DNA from: an uncultured Bacilli bacterium
GTDB lineage: Bacteria; Bacillota_I; Bacilli_A; RFN20; CAG-826
Direction: 5' to 3'
Assembly (NCBI GenBank): GCA_944372115.1
Contig: CALVYH010000006.1
Coordinates: forward strand, 47 to 64,046
Length of the DNA stretch: 64,000 bases
The translations under genes and the position numbers were made by a program. Below are positions 1 through 9,895 of this stretch, in pieces. The notes below the pieces were generated by a model. The model saw nothing but the letters and a program-made list of their open reading frames with translations, was not told the DNA's origin and did not search any database. Numbering within the stretch: position 1 is the first letter of the stretch; the number at the start of each line of letters is the position of its first letter.

Positions 1-1143
1 CTAATTAAATTAGATGCTGCTTCATCTATTTGATGTGCTCCTAATTTAACTTCTATTGCAACAAAAGAAGAATCTTCTAATTCTATAATTAAATCTATTT
101 CATTACCTCTATAATCTTGGTAATGAAATAGTTTAGCATTAAAAGATTCAACATAAGTAAGTAAATCTCTTATTACTAATGACTCAAAAAGAAAACCTAG
201 TAATTCTAGATCATTGATGAGTTTTTCTTTAGTTAAATTTAATAAAGCGCAAGGAAGAGATGGGTCAACAAAGTGTCTTTTATATGATTGTTTAACTCTT
301 AAGGAAGACCTTAATTTTGTTGAAAAAGGAGGTATATTTTCAGTAATGTAAAGACTGTCAAAAATATTCAAGTATTCACCAATAGTATTAGCATCTAAAT
401 CATCCTCGTCAATTTGTTGAATATCTCTTTTTAATCTTTTATTTGTTGCAGTAGTAGATTCATTTCTTGCTAGTGAGTTAAGAAGTAGTTCTAGTTTATG
501 AGAATCCCTTTTTATATTATCAATCTTGTAAATATCTTCGTTAATAATTGATTTAACATATTCTTTTGAAACTAGCATTGCTTCCTTAGTTGATAAAGAA
601 ATTGCTGATGGCCAGCCACCTTTTAAAATTAAATCAATGATTTTTGTTAAATTTATCTCACCAGTAAAGACGTTTTCTTCTTTTTTATTAACACATAATT
701 CTTTCAAAGATATTTTTCCATCACTATCTGATGATTCAAACAAACTCATAGGTCTCATTTTTAGTCTTGCAATTCGCCCTGTTCCAGAGTGAATATAACT
801 ATTTTTGTTAATAGAGGCGGAACCGGTTAAAATAAACTGGCCTTTAATTGGCCTTTCATCTACTTTGTTTCTTATTGCATCCCATAACGAAGGAACTTCT
901 TGCCACTCATCTATTAACTTGGGTGTAGGTCCTTCTAAAACTATATCAGGTTCAATTAAAGCGATTTTACGATTATTGAAATTATTTTTAGGACTAGAAA
1001 CCAAAAATTCACTATTTGAATGAAATCTACTAGTCCATGTTTTTCCGCACCATTTTGGTCCTTCAATTAATATTGAGCCAAAAACCTTTAAATATTGATC
1101 AATTTTTGAGTCTATAATTCTTTTCTTATATCCGTTAATTTGC
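1..1143 (-). CDS. DUF4143-family AAA ATPase (COG1373-like), C-terminally truncated by the window edge; missed by the ORF track because there is no stop in the window
   Basis: The reverse-strand translation starts MQINGYKKRIIDSKIDQYLKVFGSILIEGPKWCGKTWTS, which includes a Walker-A-like GPKWCGKT motif. A good RBS (GAGGAG) sits 8 nt upstream of the ATG at 1143. The tail ...EIDLIIELEDSSFVAIEVK is typical of DUF4143 ATPases. Confidence 0.65.
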
Positions 1144-1380
1144 ATTTTGTTCTCCTCAACTAATATAATTTTAAATCATTCTTACACATTTTACAATTCA
1201 ATTCATACGTTTTTTATACTTTAATTCATACAAATTTAAAGAAAACAATCAGATGAATTTTAATTTTTTATTCAGACAGATTTCATTACAAATAATTATT
1301 AAGTATGTCTGTATGCTTTTATTTTATTTTTTATCTACTATTAAAAATTGATGATTTGATAAATAAGAAGAATGAATTAA

Positions 1381-1686
1381 TCCATAAATAACGGTCTTAA
1401 AAGAGAAAAATACAAATCAAATGTGTTATACGCTTCATCATTAGAAATTGATTTTGTTATAAGAAATAATGATTATCCATTATTAGTTGAAGTTAAAGCT
1501 ACTAATAATTATGCTAAATCTTTAAATATGGTTATGTTATCTAATAAAGATTATGGAGAAGATAATATAAAAGCTATAAAAATATATTCTAAAAATATAG
1601 TTTTAAATAATAATGATGTATTGAATAGAGAAATCAAGTCATTTATTTTATTAAAAGGTATGATGAAAATAATATCTTATTTATAA
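1381..1686 (+). pseudogene. C-terminal remnant of a second DUF4143-family ATPase (fragment only, no N-terminal ATPase domain)
   Basis: The translation KYKSNVLYASSLEIDFVIRNNDYPLLVEVKATNNYAKSL matches the conserved C-terminal (x)EIDFVI...EVKA motif of DUF4143 proteins. The open frame begins directly after a stop and has no ATG, only a GTG. Confidence 0.4.
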
Positions 1687-1774
1687 ATATAGTTGATTTT
1701 TTATTAGATTATTTACCAAATTTTTAACAATTCCTTCATAAAATGTGATTGAAATAAAAATTATAAAAATCATT

Positions 1775-2746
1775 TTATTTAGAATTTATATTTTCATTCT
1801 TATTTTCTTTTTCTAATCTTTCTTTTTTCATTCTTGGAGTTTCATCAATTTCTTTAGCACTTTTAGTAGGAATTTCATTATTTATATATAAATGTCTTCT
1901 TGCTTCATTATGAAACTTAGTTATTTTTTCTTTTAAAGGTTGACTAGCTTCATCTAAAATCTTTTTAATTTCTTCAATTCGTTTTACTTTAAGTTTATAT
2001 TTTTTAGTATTTAACTTTAATTTTTCAAAATCAATAAGAATATTTTTTGCTTTTGCTTCTTTATTTAAAGATAAAGATAATTTCATTGAATTATAAAAGT
2101 CGATTAAAAATGTTGCGCTAAATAAGCCTAAAATAAAGGTTAAACCTAATAAATGATTATTAAAAATATTAATCATTTCATAAATAAGAGGATGAATAAA
2201 GAAAAAATATAAAGCTCCTATCATCATCCAAATAAATGAAAATAATGGAGCGATTATACCTTTATAATTACCTTTAAGTGATGAATAATCCCATAGTTTA
2301 ATATGTAATCCTTTAATAAATATAATTCCAGCAATTAATTCTATTAAAGTCATTGATATTCCTATAATTAATATAATTATTAAACTAGTAATATAGAAAT
2401 TAAGGTTCCCATTAATTTCTATATTACTTAAATTAATAAAAAATGAATAATAAGAAGGTAAGGAAGATAAAGAAGAGATATATCTAATTCCTAAATCACT
2501 TAAAAAATATAATATACATGTCCCAAAACCATATAAAGGTAAATAAGGTCCTTTTAAAAATCCTGGATTAATCCATCTTTTCATTGAAACAAATCTTCTA
2601 AATAATACTTCTAAAATATAACCAATCATGCTTCCTATCATAAATAGATAAATATATGAAAGAAAATAATATAAAAATGAAGTATTAGATATTTCTAATA
2701 ACGATATTAATAAAGTAGAAATAGTTTTAATATTATTAGCAAACAT
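1775..2746 (-). CDS. polytopic membrane protein with a lysine-rich coiled-coil C-terminus, function unknown
   Basis: 323-aa ORF. The N-terminal ~220 aa contain 6-7 predicted hydrophobic helices. The C-terminal tail is KE-rich (KLKVKRIEEIKKILDE...). Confidence 0.45.
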   Translation of the reverse strand: MFANNIKTISTLLISLLEISNTSFLYYFLSYIYLFMIGSMIGYILEVLFRRFVSMKRWINPGFLKGPYLPLYGFGTCILYFLSDLGIRYISSLSSLPSYYSFFINLSNIEINGNLNFYITSLIIILIIGISMTLIELIAGIIFIKGLHIKLWDYSSLKGNYKGIIAPLFSFIWMMIGALYFFFIHPLIYEMINIFNNHLLGLTFILGLFSATFLIDFYNSMKLSLSLNKEAKAKNILIDFEKLKLNTKKYKLKVKRIEEIKKILDEASQPLKEKITKFHNEARRHLYINNEIPTKSAKEIDETPRMKKERLEKENKNENINSK

Positions 2747-2856
2747 ATTTATATATCCTTCTATTAATTAAATAATAATTTATATATTTATATTATAAAT
2801 TTCTATTATATAATTAGTTAAATAAAATTTATTTTATTTAACATTAAAATGAATAT

Positions 2857-3408
2857 ATGAACGAATTAAAAGAGATGTTATATCAACTAATTAACAATAA
2901 TACATTACCTTTTCTTTTTATCGACCTTCCATTCACTAGTAAACTTGTTTATACCTATATATTTGTTAAAGTTTTTAATAAAGAAGAAGCTTCTATATTA
3001 AAAACTTATAACAAATTAATTAATAAAGAAACAAATGATTCTTTTAAAGTAAAAGCTTTATTAAAAAGTAAAGATGAAAACGATAATAATCATTTAACTA
3101 TTTTAACGAGTATAAATAGAAATGATTTAATGTTTTATTTAACAAATATTAATAAATTTAAGGATGTTTTATTAAAGTTTTTAGTTTATGTAGGGAATAT
3201 CTTAAATGAAATAGTGTTAATTGCAAAAGAAGAGGAAATATTAATGTTTAAAGCTTTAAATTTAAAACTGGAGAACATTTTTAAATTTAATTTTAAAATT
3301 ATATTTCCTTTTGAAAGGTTAACAAAAGAGGAACAAGAATTATTTAATGATGTTTTTGAAACATTTGATAAAAGAAATTTTAATATTGATATTGAAGGGG
3401 TGTATTAA
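2857..3408 (+). CDS. hypothetical protein
   Basis: 183-aa ORF with an AT-rich start region. I recognise no motif. Confidence 0.35.
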   Translation: MNELKEMLYQLINNNTLPFLFIDLPFTSKLVYTYIFVKVFNKEEASILKTYNKLINKETNDSFKVKALLKSKDENDNNHLTILTSINRNDLMFYLTNINKFKDVLLKFLVYVGNILNEIVLIAKEEEILMFKALNLKLENIFKFNFKIIFPFERLTKEEQELFNDVFETFDKRNFNIDIEGVY

Positions 3409-4640
3409 TCTTCTTTGTCGATAATTTTATATATTTCATCACCAATTTTAGAAATAATTCCAGTTACAAGTGCATTTCCCATCATAAAATAACGTTTTCT
3501 ATCAGGCATTCCTTCGGTCCAATTATCTGGGAATTGGTTTAATCTTTCACATTCGATAGGTGTTAATTTTCTTAATTTATTTTTTTCGGGATCCAAAATT
3601 ATATGTGTGCTTCTATTTATAGTACCTTCGCTTGTTAACATCGTTCTTCCTGGTAAATCTAATGAATCATATGGTGACATTGAGCCTTCAGAATAAAAGT
3701 AGGTTGTCCCATCATTTCTTTGCCTTTCTATTTTTTTACTGCCTCTTAAATATTTAAATTTTTCCTGGTCTATTGTTGATAAAAAATATTTTTCATCGAC
3801 GTTTTTTTCGATTATTTGTTTTAATTTGATAGGTTCTTCAACAACTGGAATATATTTTGATGTATAAATTTTCCCATTCATCATTATTCCATAATTTTCA
3901 AACGAGGCTTTAAAATCAGTAGAAACGTCTACTTGATTATCATAAATTGTTAAATCATACTCTTTATAATTTAAAATTTGTTCAGCTTTAAAAGTTTTTG
4001 CGAAAATTGACTCATTATTTAATATTTCTAAAATATCTTTTTTCTTCATTTTTTTACTATATTTTGTTGATTTTTTTGATGCAAAAATATAAATTCTTCT
4101 ACGTCTTTGAGGCATGCCATAATCAGCGGCATTAATAACTTTCCATTGGACGAAATAACCAGCAATATCGAAACTTTTAAGGATAATACCAAAATCTCTT
4201 CCTCTTTGTTTTGAAGGAGATTTTAATAATCTGTCAACATTTTCTAAAAGAACAAATGGAGGCTTTTTAGTAAGTAGCACTTCATAAATTTGCCGCCAAA
4301 GAACACCTTTTTTTCCTTCAATCCCTTTTTCGTGTTTTAAAGAATGTGCTACAGAATAATCTTGGCACGGGAAACCACCAACAAGCAAAGTGTGATTTGG
4401 TATGTCTTTCTTGCTAATTAAAGAAATATCTTTGTTAATTAATTCATTTTTTTCGTTGCCAAAATGAGTTTTATAACAATCAAAGGCTTCTTGAGTTTTT
4501 GTTGAAGGTTCCCATTGATTTACCCATAAAAACTCAAAGTTATTTTCTTCGGAGTAACTTTTATTTTCTCTTTTTATGTGATTTAATCCAATCCTAAAAC
4601 CACCAACTCCTGCAAATAATTCGACAACTGTTTTTTCCAT
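3405..4640 (-). CDS. DNA (cytosine-5)-methyltransferase, likely the modification subunit of a Sau3AI-like (GATC) type II R-M system
   Basis: C5-MTase motifs are present: I (ELFAGVGGFRIGL), IV (GGFPCQDYS), VI (ENV), VIII (QRRRRIYIF) and X (MGNALV). The 411-aa length is comparable to M.Sau3AI at 412 aa. GC is elevated relative to the flanks. Confidence 0.85.
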   Translation of the reverse strand: MEKTVVELFAGVGGFRIGLNHIKRENKSYSEENNFEFLWVNQWEPSTKTQEAFDCYKTHFGNEKNELINKDISLISKKDIPNHTLLVGGFPCQDYSVAHSLKHEKGIEGKKGVLWRQIYEVLLTKKPPFVLLENVDRLLKSPSKQRGRDFGIILKSFDIAGYFVQWKVINAADYGMPQRRRRIYIFASKKSTKYSKKMKKKDILEILNNESIFAKTFKAEQILNYKEYDLTIYDNQVDVSTDFKASFENYGIMMNGKIYTSKYIPVVEEPIKLKQIIEKNVDEKYFLSTIDQEKFKYLRGSKKIERQRNDGTTYFYSEGSMSPYDSLDLPGRTMLTSEGTINRSTHIILDPEKNKLRKLTPIECERLNQFPDNWTEGMPDRKRYFMMGNALVTGIISKIGDEIYKIIDKED

Positions 4641-4736
4641 AAGATAATTTTACGCTATTTAGTTTAATTGATCAAATGAAATTTGTAAAGATCAAAGATA
4701 AAAAAATAGTGACATTGTGTTAAAATAATTATACTT

Positions 4737-6143
4737 ATGAGTGAAAATAAAAAACCTGAATATAATAGTGTCGAAGAGTTGTTTGATCTCTTAGCAAAGG
4801 CCTACGGGCATACTTTTGGAGAGCTTGATGTAAATAGAAGATTAGATACACCAAAAAATAAAGGTAAATTTGGTCATATTGTGGAAGAGGGCGTTTTTAA
4901 ATATCCGATTAATAGCAGCCCAAAAGCTGATTTCGATAAATTAGGGATTGAGTTAAAAGTAACTGCAATTAGAATAAATAAGAATAAAGAAGTTGCTGCA
5001 AAAGAAAGATTGTCAATAAAAACTATAGATTATGAAACGCTTGCTAAACAAGATTTTGATCATTCTGATTTAAAAGAAAAAATGGAAAAAATGCTCATTG
5101 TTCTTTATAAATTTGACGATAAAATCGAAGAAAAAGACTATAAAATAAAGGGTTCTTTTCTAAACATTATTAAACCAGAAGATTTAGTTGTTATAAAAAA
5201 AGACTACGCTAATATTAGACAATACATTTTAGATGGGAAAGCTGAAGAACTTCATGAAGGCTCAACTAAGTATTTGGTCGCGGCCACAACCGGAGGAAAA
5301 AATGAACCGTTGGTTCAACAACCTTTTTCATCTGTATTAGCTAAAAAAAGAAGATTTGCATTTAAACAATCTTACTTAAACGAAGTTATTAAAGAACATA
5401 TTTTTCATAAAGAAGGGATGAGCTTTTTTGGTGAAGATTTTGCTAAATATCCTTTTGAGTATTTAATAAATGAGAAAATAAAACCTTATTTAGGAAAGAG
5501 TTTTTCTGAACTTAAAAAAACTTTAAATGTAGAAGGAAATTCTTTGCAAGATTTTAATCGTTTGGTTTCTAGAATGTTTGGTGTTAAAAATATTAACAAT
5601 GCTGAAGAAATTAAAAAAGGCAATTATGAAGTTAAAGCGGTAAGAATTGAAGAAAATGGAAAAATGAAGGAAAGTATTTCTTTTCCATACTTTAATTTTA
5701 CTGATATTGTTGAAATTAAGTTTGAAGATAGCAATTTCTATTGTACTTTAATTCAAAAAACTTTTATTTTCTTTATTTTTGAACATAAAAACGATGATTA
5801 TTATTTTAAAAGAATTTGTTTTTATAAAATTCCAGAGGAAATAATCGAAACTGAAGGAAGAAAAGTATTTGATGAATTAAAGAAGGTTTTATTAAGCGGA
5901 AATATCGTTTCTGGTTTTAAAACTTACAAAAATGGAAACACAGTCAGATTAAACAATTTTCCAAAAATGAAGAATAATTATTATTTTCATATAAGACCGC
6001 ATGGAAGGGATGGTAATGATGTTGCGATTCTCCCAGTTCCTGATAAATTAACGGGAGTTAAAGCTTATACAAAACAATGTTTTTGGTTACATAATCAATA
6101 TCTTTTAGATGTTCTAGGTTATAAAAATAAAAAGAAAAAATGA
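4737..6143 (+). CDS. type II restriction endonuclease of the MutH/Sau3AI family (predicted GATC specificity)
   Basis: The N-terminus shows MutH-like motifs: GHTFGELD, KGKFGHIVEE, and KADFDKLGIELKV (compare MutH EPDFPELGVELKT, the D...E.K catalytic motif). The ~470-aa size fits the two-domain Sau3AI architecture. The gene is divergent from, and adjacent to, the C5-MTase. Confidence 0.7.
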   Translation: MSENKKPEYNSVEELFDLLAKAYGHTFGELDVNRRLDTPKNKGKFGHIVEEGVFKYPINSSPKADFDKLGIELKVTAIRINKNKEVAAKERLSIKTIDYETLAKQDFDHSDLKEKMEKMLIVLYKFDDKIEEKDYKIKGSFLNIIKPEDLVVIKKDYANIRQYILDGKAEELHEGSTKYLVAATTGGKNEPLVQQPFSSVLAKKRRFAFKQSYLNEVIKEHIFHKEGMSFFGEDFAKYPFEYLINEKIKPYLGKSFSELKKTLNVEGNSLQDFNRLVSRMFGVKNINNAEEIKKGNYEVKAVRIEENGKMKESISFPYFNFTDIVEIKFEDSNFYCTLIQKTFIFFIFEHKNDDYYFKRICFYKIPEEIIETEGRKVFDELKKVLLSGNIVSGFKTYKNGNTVRLNNFPKMKNNYYFHIRPHGRDGNDVAILPVPDKLTGVKAYTKQCFWLHNQYLLDVLGYKNKKKK

Positions 6144-6171
6144 TAAATTTATATTAAGATAACAAATATAA

Positions 6172-6555
6172 ATGAATAAAGAAGTAGTTAAACTAAAACT
6201 AGATAATTTAAAAACTAGATTATTAAAATATGATTTATATATAATCATATTTTTAATCGCATCTTTCTTTCTTATTATTCTTTCTTTAACTATTTTATTT
6301 TTAACTTACTTTAATATTATTAATGAAGTAGTTATTAAAGATAAGAATGATTCATCCAATGAATTTATTATTAATAAAGGAATAATATTTAATTTATTTT
6401 TTTCTTCTTTTTATTTCTTTTTTATATTTTTATCTTTTATTTTTATTTATCTATTTAATATCAAAATTAAGTTTTATTTATATAGATTATTATATAAAGT
6501 TCACTTTATATCTTTTAAAAGTGAACTTTATGAGTTTTTAAATAATAATTATTGA
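6172..6555 (+). CDS. questionable small hydrophobic, low-complexity ORF
   Basis: 127 aa, extremely F/I/L-rich, in a very AT-rich intergenic stretch. It may be non-coding. Confidence 0.2.
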   Translation: MNKEVVKLKLDNLKTRLLKYDLYIIIFLIASFFLIILSLTILFLTYFNIINEVVIKDKNDSSNEFIINKGIIFNLFFSSFYFFFIFLSFIFIYLFNIKIKFYLYRLLYKVHFISFKSELYEFLNNNY

Positions 6556-6646
6556 TAAAACTAAAACTAAAAATAATTAACTTAATATTAAACAAACTTA
6601 CATTTTTCTATATAATTTTTAAAGGAAGAAAGAAGAATATTTATTT

Positions 6647-8419
6647 ATGGAAATAAGCGCACTTAATCATGAATGTGAATCAAATTATTCATATCCTATA
6701 AAAGAAAATATTATAAAAATTACTTTGAAAACTAAAAAAGATGATGATATTAAAAATATTTATCTATTATATAACTCTAAATATTTATTTAAAAAAGAAA
6801 GATATTTAGTAGAAATTAAAAATAAAATTTCTACTAAATATAATGATTATTACTATATTTATTTAAAAGTAGAAGATGTAAGAATTGGTTATATTTTTAA
6901 GCTTTTAGATAATAATGATAATTTTTATTATTATAGTGAAAATAATATATTAGTTAATGAAGAATATGATTTTGATAAATGTGATTTTGATTATTTTCAG
7001 CTTCCTTATATAAATAAAATAGATATTGTTAAAGTTAATAAAAAATTTAATAATCGTATCTTTTATCAAATCTTTGTTGATAGATTTTTTGATGGCGAAA
7101 AAGAAGAAGGAAAAGGAATAAATGATAAAATAAATATCATTTGGGGCGATAATGACAAAATTTTAAAAGATACTTTTGCAGGTGGAAATTTAAAAGGGAT
7201 AATAAAAAAATTGGATTATTTAAAAGATGAATTAGGGATATCAGCTATATATTTAACCCCAATTTTTGAATCTTATAGTAATCATAAATATGAAACTTAT
7301 GATTATTATAAAATCGCTACAGATTTTGGTGATGAAACTAGCTTTAAAGAATTAATTGAAGAAGCTCATAAAAGGGATATTTTAATTATTTTAGATGGAG
7401 TTTTTAATCATGTGGCATATTATTCACCTATTTTTAAAGATGTTATAGAAAAAGGAAAGAAGAGTAAATATTATTCATGGTTTATTATTCATAATAATGA
7501 TGATCAAATTGATTTAAAGAATGTAAATTATGAAACTTTTGGATTTGCTAAATATATGCCTAAACTAAATTTATCAAATAAGGAAGTCGAAGAATACGTT
7601 ATTAATATATGTAAATATTATTTAAAAAATTATAAGGTCGATGGATATAGAATGGATGTTGCTGATGAAATAGCTCATACATTTTTTAAAAAATTAAGAT
7701 TTGAATTAAAAAAAGAAGATGAAAATGTCTTTTTAATTAATGAAAATTGGCATAATGCTCATCTTTCACTCGATGATGGAAGTGAATTTGATAGTGTAAT
7801 GAATTATCCTTTTACAAGTGTTTTAATTGATTTATTAGGATATAAAAGGATTGATGAAGTTGAATTTATTTATCGAATAAATGAATTATTAGTTAGATAT
7901 AAAGATGCTAGTTTACATAATGCTTTAAATTTAGTGTCTTCTCACGATAAAGCTCGTTTTATAAATGATTGTAAAATGAATGAAAATTTAGCATTAATCG
8001 GTTATTCATTGCTCTTTTTATATACTGGTACTCCAATGGTTTATTATGGGGATGAAATAGGGTTAGATGGAAATAATGATCCTGATTGTCGAAAAATGTT
8101 TATTTGGGATAAAAATAAACGGAATAAAAATAGGTTTATTTTTATTAAATCTTTAATTGATATTCATAAAACATTAGATTTAAATAATGAAGATTATTCT
8201 TTTAAGATGGATTATTTAAACGAATATAAATTATTAAAAGTATTTATTTATAATAAATTTAGCGATAAAGAAATAATTATTAATGAATTAATTAATTTAT
8301 CTAACGAAGATATAAATATTTATTCTCTTTTAAATGAAAATAATTCTTTATTATTATCATCTAATTATGAAATCAAAGAAAAAATAATTAAAAAAGAGGG
8401 ATTAGTTATATATAAGTAA
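6647..8419 (+). CDS. GH13 alpha-amylase family glycoside hydrolase (neopullulanase / cyclomaltodextrinase-like)
   Basis: GH13 conserved regions are present: YQIFVDRF, DGVFNHV, GYRMDVADE, ENWH and SHD. The N-terminal ~120 aa form an extra domain, as in cyclomaltodextrinases. Confidence 0.85.
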   Translation: MEISALNHECESNYSYPIKENIIKITLKTKKDDDIKNIYLLYNSKYLFKKERYLVEIKNKISTKYNDYYYIYLKVEDVRIGYIFKLLDNNDNFYYYSENNILVNEEYDFDKCDFDYFQLPYINKIDIVKVNKKFNNRIFYQIFVDRFFDGEKEEGKGINDKINIIWGDNDKILKDTFAGGNLKGIIKKLDYLKDELGISAIYLTPIFESYSNHKYETYDYYKIATDFGDETSFKELIEEAHKRDILIILDGVFNHVAYYSPIFKDVIEKGKKSKYYSWFIIHNNDDQIDLKNVNYETFGFAKYMPKLNLSNKEVEEYVINICKYYLKNYKVDGYRMDVADEIAHTFFKKLRFELKKEDENVFLINENWHNAHLSLDDGSEFDSVMNYPFTSVLIDLLGYKRIDEVEFIYRINELLVRYKDASLHNALNLVSSHDKARFINDCKMNENLALIGYSLLFLYTGTPMVYYGDEIGLDGNNDPDCRKMFIWDKNKRNKNRFIFIKSLIDIHKTLDLNNEDYSFKMDYLNEYKLLKVFIYNKFSDKEIIINELINLSNEDINIYSLLNENNSLLLSSNYEIKEKIIKKEGLVIYK

Positions 8420-8443
8420 TTTATTTTTTATCTATTTATTTAA

Positions 8444-8956
8444 TCAATCATCTTTAAATATTTCATATAGCGCAAAATGATCGATAGAATCAAGGTTTTT
8501 AATTTGTTCAATAAATAATTCCATCGATTTATTCATTAAATAGTTTGTTAATTTTAACATCGATTTATTGCCTAATTGATATAGGGTAGAATCTCCTTTA
8601 GCATTTTTAAGCGATTCTTCTATCTTTTCTTTTCTTTTTAAGTCAAGTTTAACATATTTTAATAAATATAAATAATAAATGATTTCTTTTATAGTTGGAT
8701 CAAAGTTCTCACACTCTTTAATAAATGTTTTTCCATAATAATCTTCATGATTTCTTAAAAAATTGTTTAATTCATTTAAAGAACCTTCATTTAATATCTT
8801 ATTTAATTCGTTTAAAACTTGATTTTTATTAATTAATAATAGATCTCTTTTTTCATATAAATCATTAATTTCTTTTCTTATTTTAAGCTTTTTAAAAAAA
8901 GAAGCTTTTATATCTTGAAGTTCGATAATTTTTTCGTTTATTTCTTTTATATCCAT
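8444..8956 (-). CDS. hypothetical protein (predicted helical)
   Basis: 170-aa ORF with no recognisable motif. Confidence 0.4.
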   Translation of the reverse strand: MDIKEINEKIIELQDIKASFFKKLKIRKEINDLYEKRDLLLINKNQVLNELNKILNEGSLNELNNFLRNHEDYYGKTFIKECENFDPTIKEIIYYLYLLKYVKLDLKRKEKIEESLKNAKGDSTLYQLGNKSMLKLTNYLMNKSMELFIEQIKNLDSIDHFALYEIFKDD

Positions 8957-9131
8957 CTTTTTTAACCTTTATATAAAGAATTATACAATTTTTATTTATA
9001 GAAGAAATGGTTTAAAAATAGAAAAAAATTGAAGAAAAAGAATTAAAAGTTAATATTTTTATTAAATAGAGACAAGTTATTCATACAAAAATGGTTATTT
9101 ATAATTATTTTATCTTATTTTTCTTTTTTCC

Positions 9132-9160
9132 TTGACATTTGATATATATTTTTATATATT
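9132..9160 (+). promoter_or_regulatory. sigma-70-like promoter for the abiEi/abiEii operon
   Basis: TTGACA at 9132-9137, then 17 nt, then TATATT. A 10-bp inverted repeat overlaps and follows it (see findings). Confidence 0.45.
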
Positions 9161-9257
9161 TAACAAAGTTAAATATATAAAAATATAGTCTAAACAATAA
9201 GTTTTACTTTATTTGACTATAAAGGTAAAAAAAGTAAAATATTTTTGGAGGTAGAAA

Positions 9258-9895
9258 TGACTCTTTATTCGTATTTAGAAACAAATTATGGGTATAATAA
9301 ACCAATTATTGTATCTGAATTAAAAGAAAAAGATGAACTTAAGAATAAAAATCTTAAGCAACTTTTATATACTCTTGAAAAGAAAGATAAAATAAGCAGA
9401 TATTCTCAAGGTGTTTATTATTTACCTACAGAAACTATATTTGGTAAATCAACCTTAAATATTGATGAAATCATATATAAAAAATATATTTCTAACGGCG
9501 AAGAAATATATGGATTTTATACTGGTTTTACTTTTTTAAATTCTATTGGCTTATCTGAACAAATAGTTGCAATTCCTAATATAGTTACGAATAATACTTC
9601 TTCAAAAAAACGTTTTGTTTTTTATAAAAAACGTCGCACCGCTTTATTAAATAAAAGTAAAGTTACAATTAATAAAGATAACTTTAAAATTCTACAATTT
9701 TTAGATGTTTTTAGATTTATTAGTGATTCTTACATCGAAGAGATAATAAAAGGACTCATTAAATACATAAAAAGAGAAAAACTTTCAAGGAAAGATGTTG
9801 AAGACTATATTAAATATTTTCCAAAATCCACTATGGATAAATTAATAAGGAGTGGTTTAATATATGAATTTACACTTAAAAAAAGAAGAATTTAA
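9258..9895 (+). CDS. AbiEi-like antitoxin / transcriptional regulator (type IV TA system)
   Basis: ATG at 9258 with a GGAGG RBS. The ~210-aa protein is immediately upstream of, and overlaps, a DUF1814 (AbiEii) nucleotidyltransferase gene. The size and operon position are typical of AbiEi. Confidence 0.5.

Noticed and set aside
805-1023. 72-aa plus-strand ORF
   Set aside because: It lies entirely inside the much better supported minus-strand DUF4143 ATPase gene (1-1143), so it is a shadow ORF.
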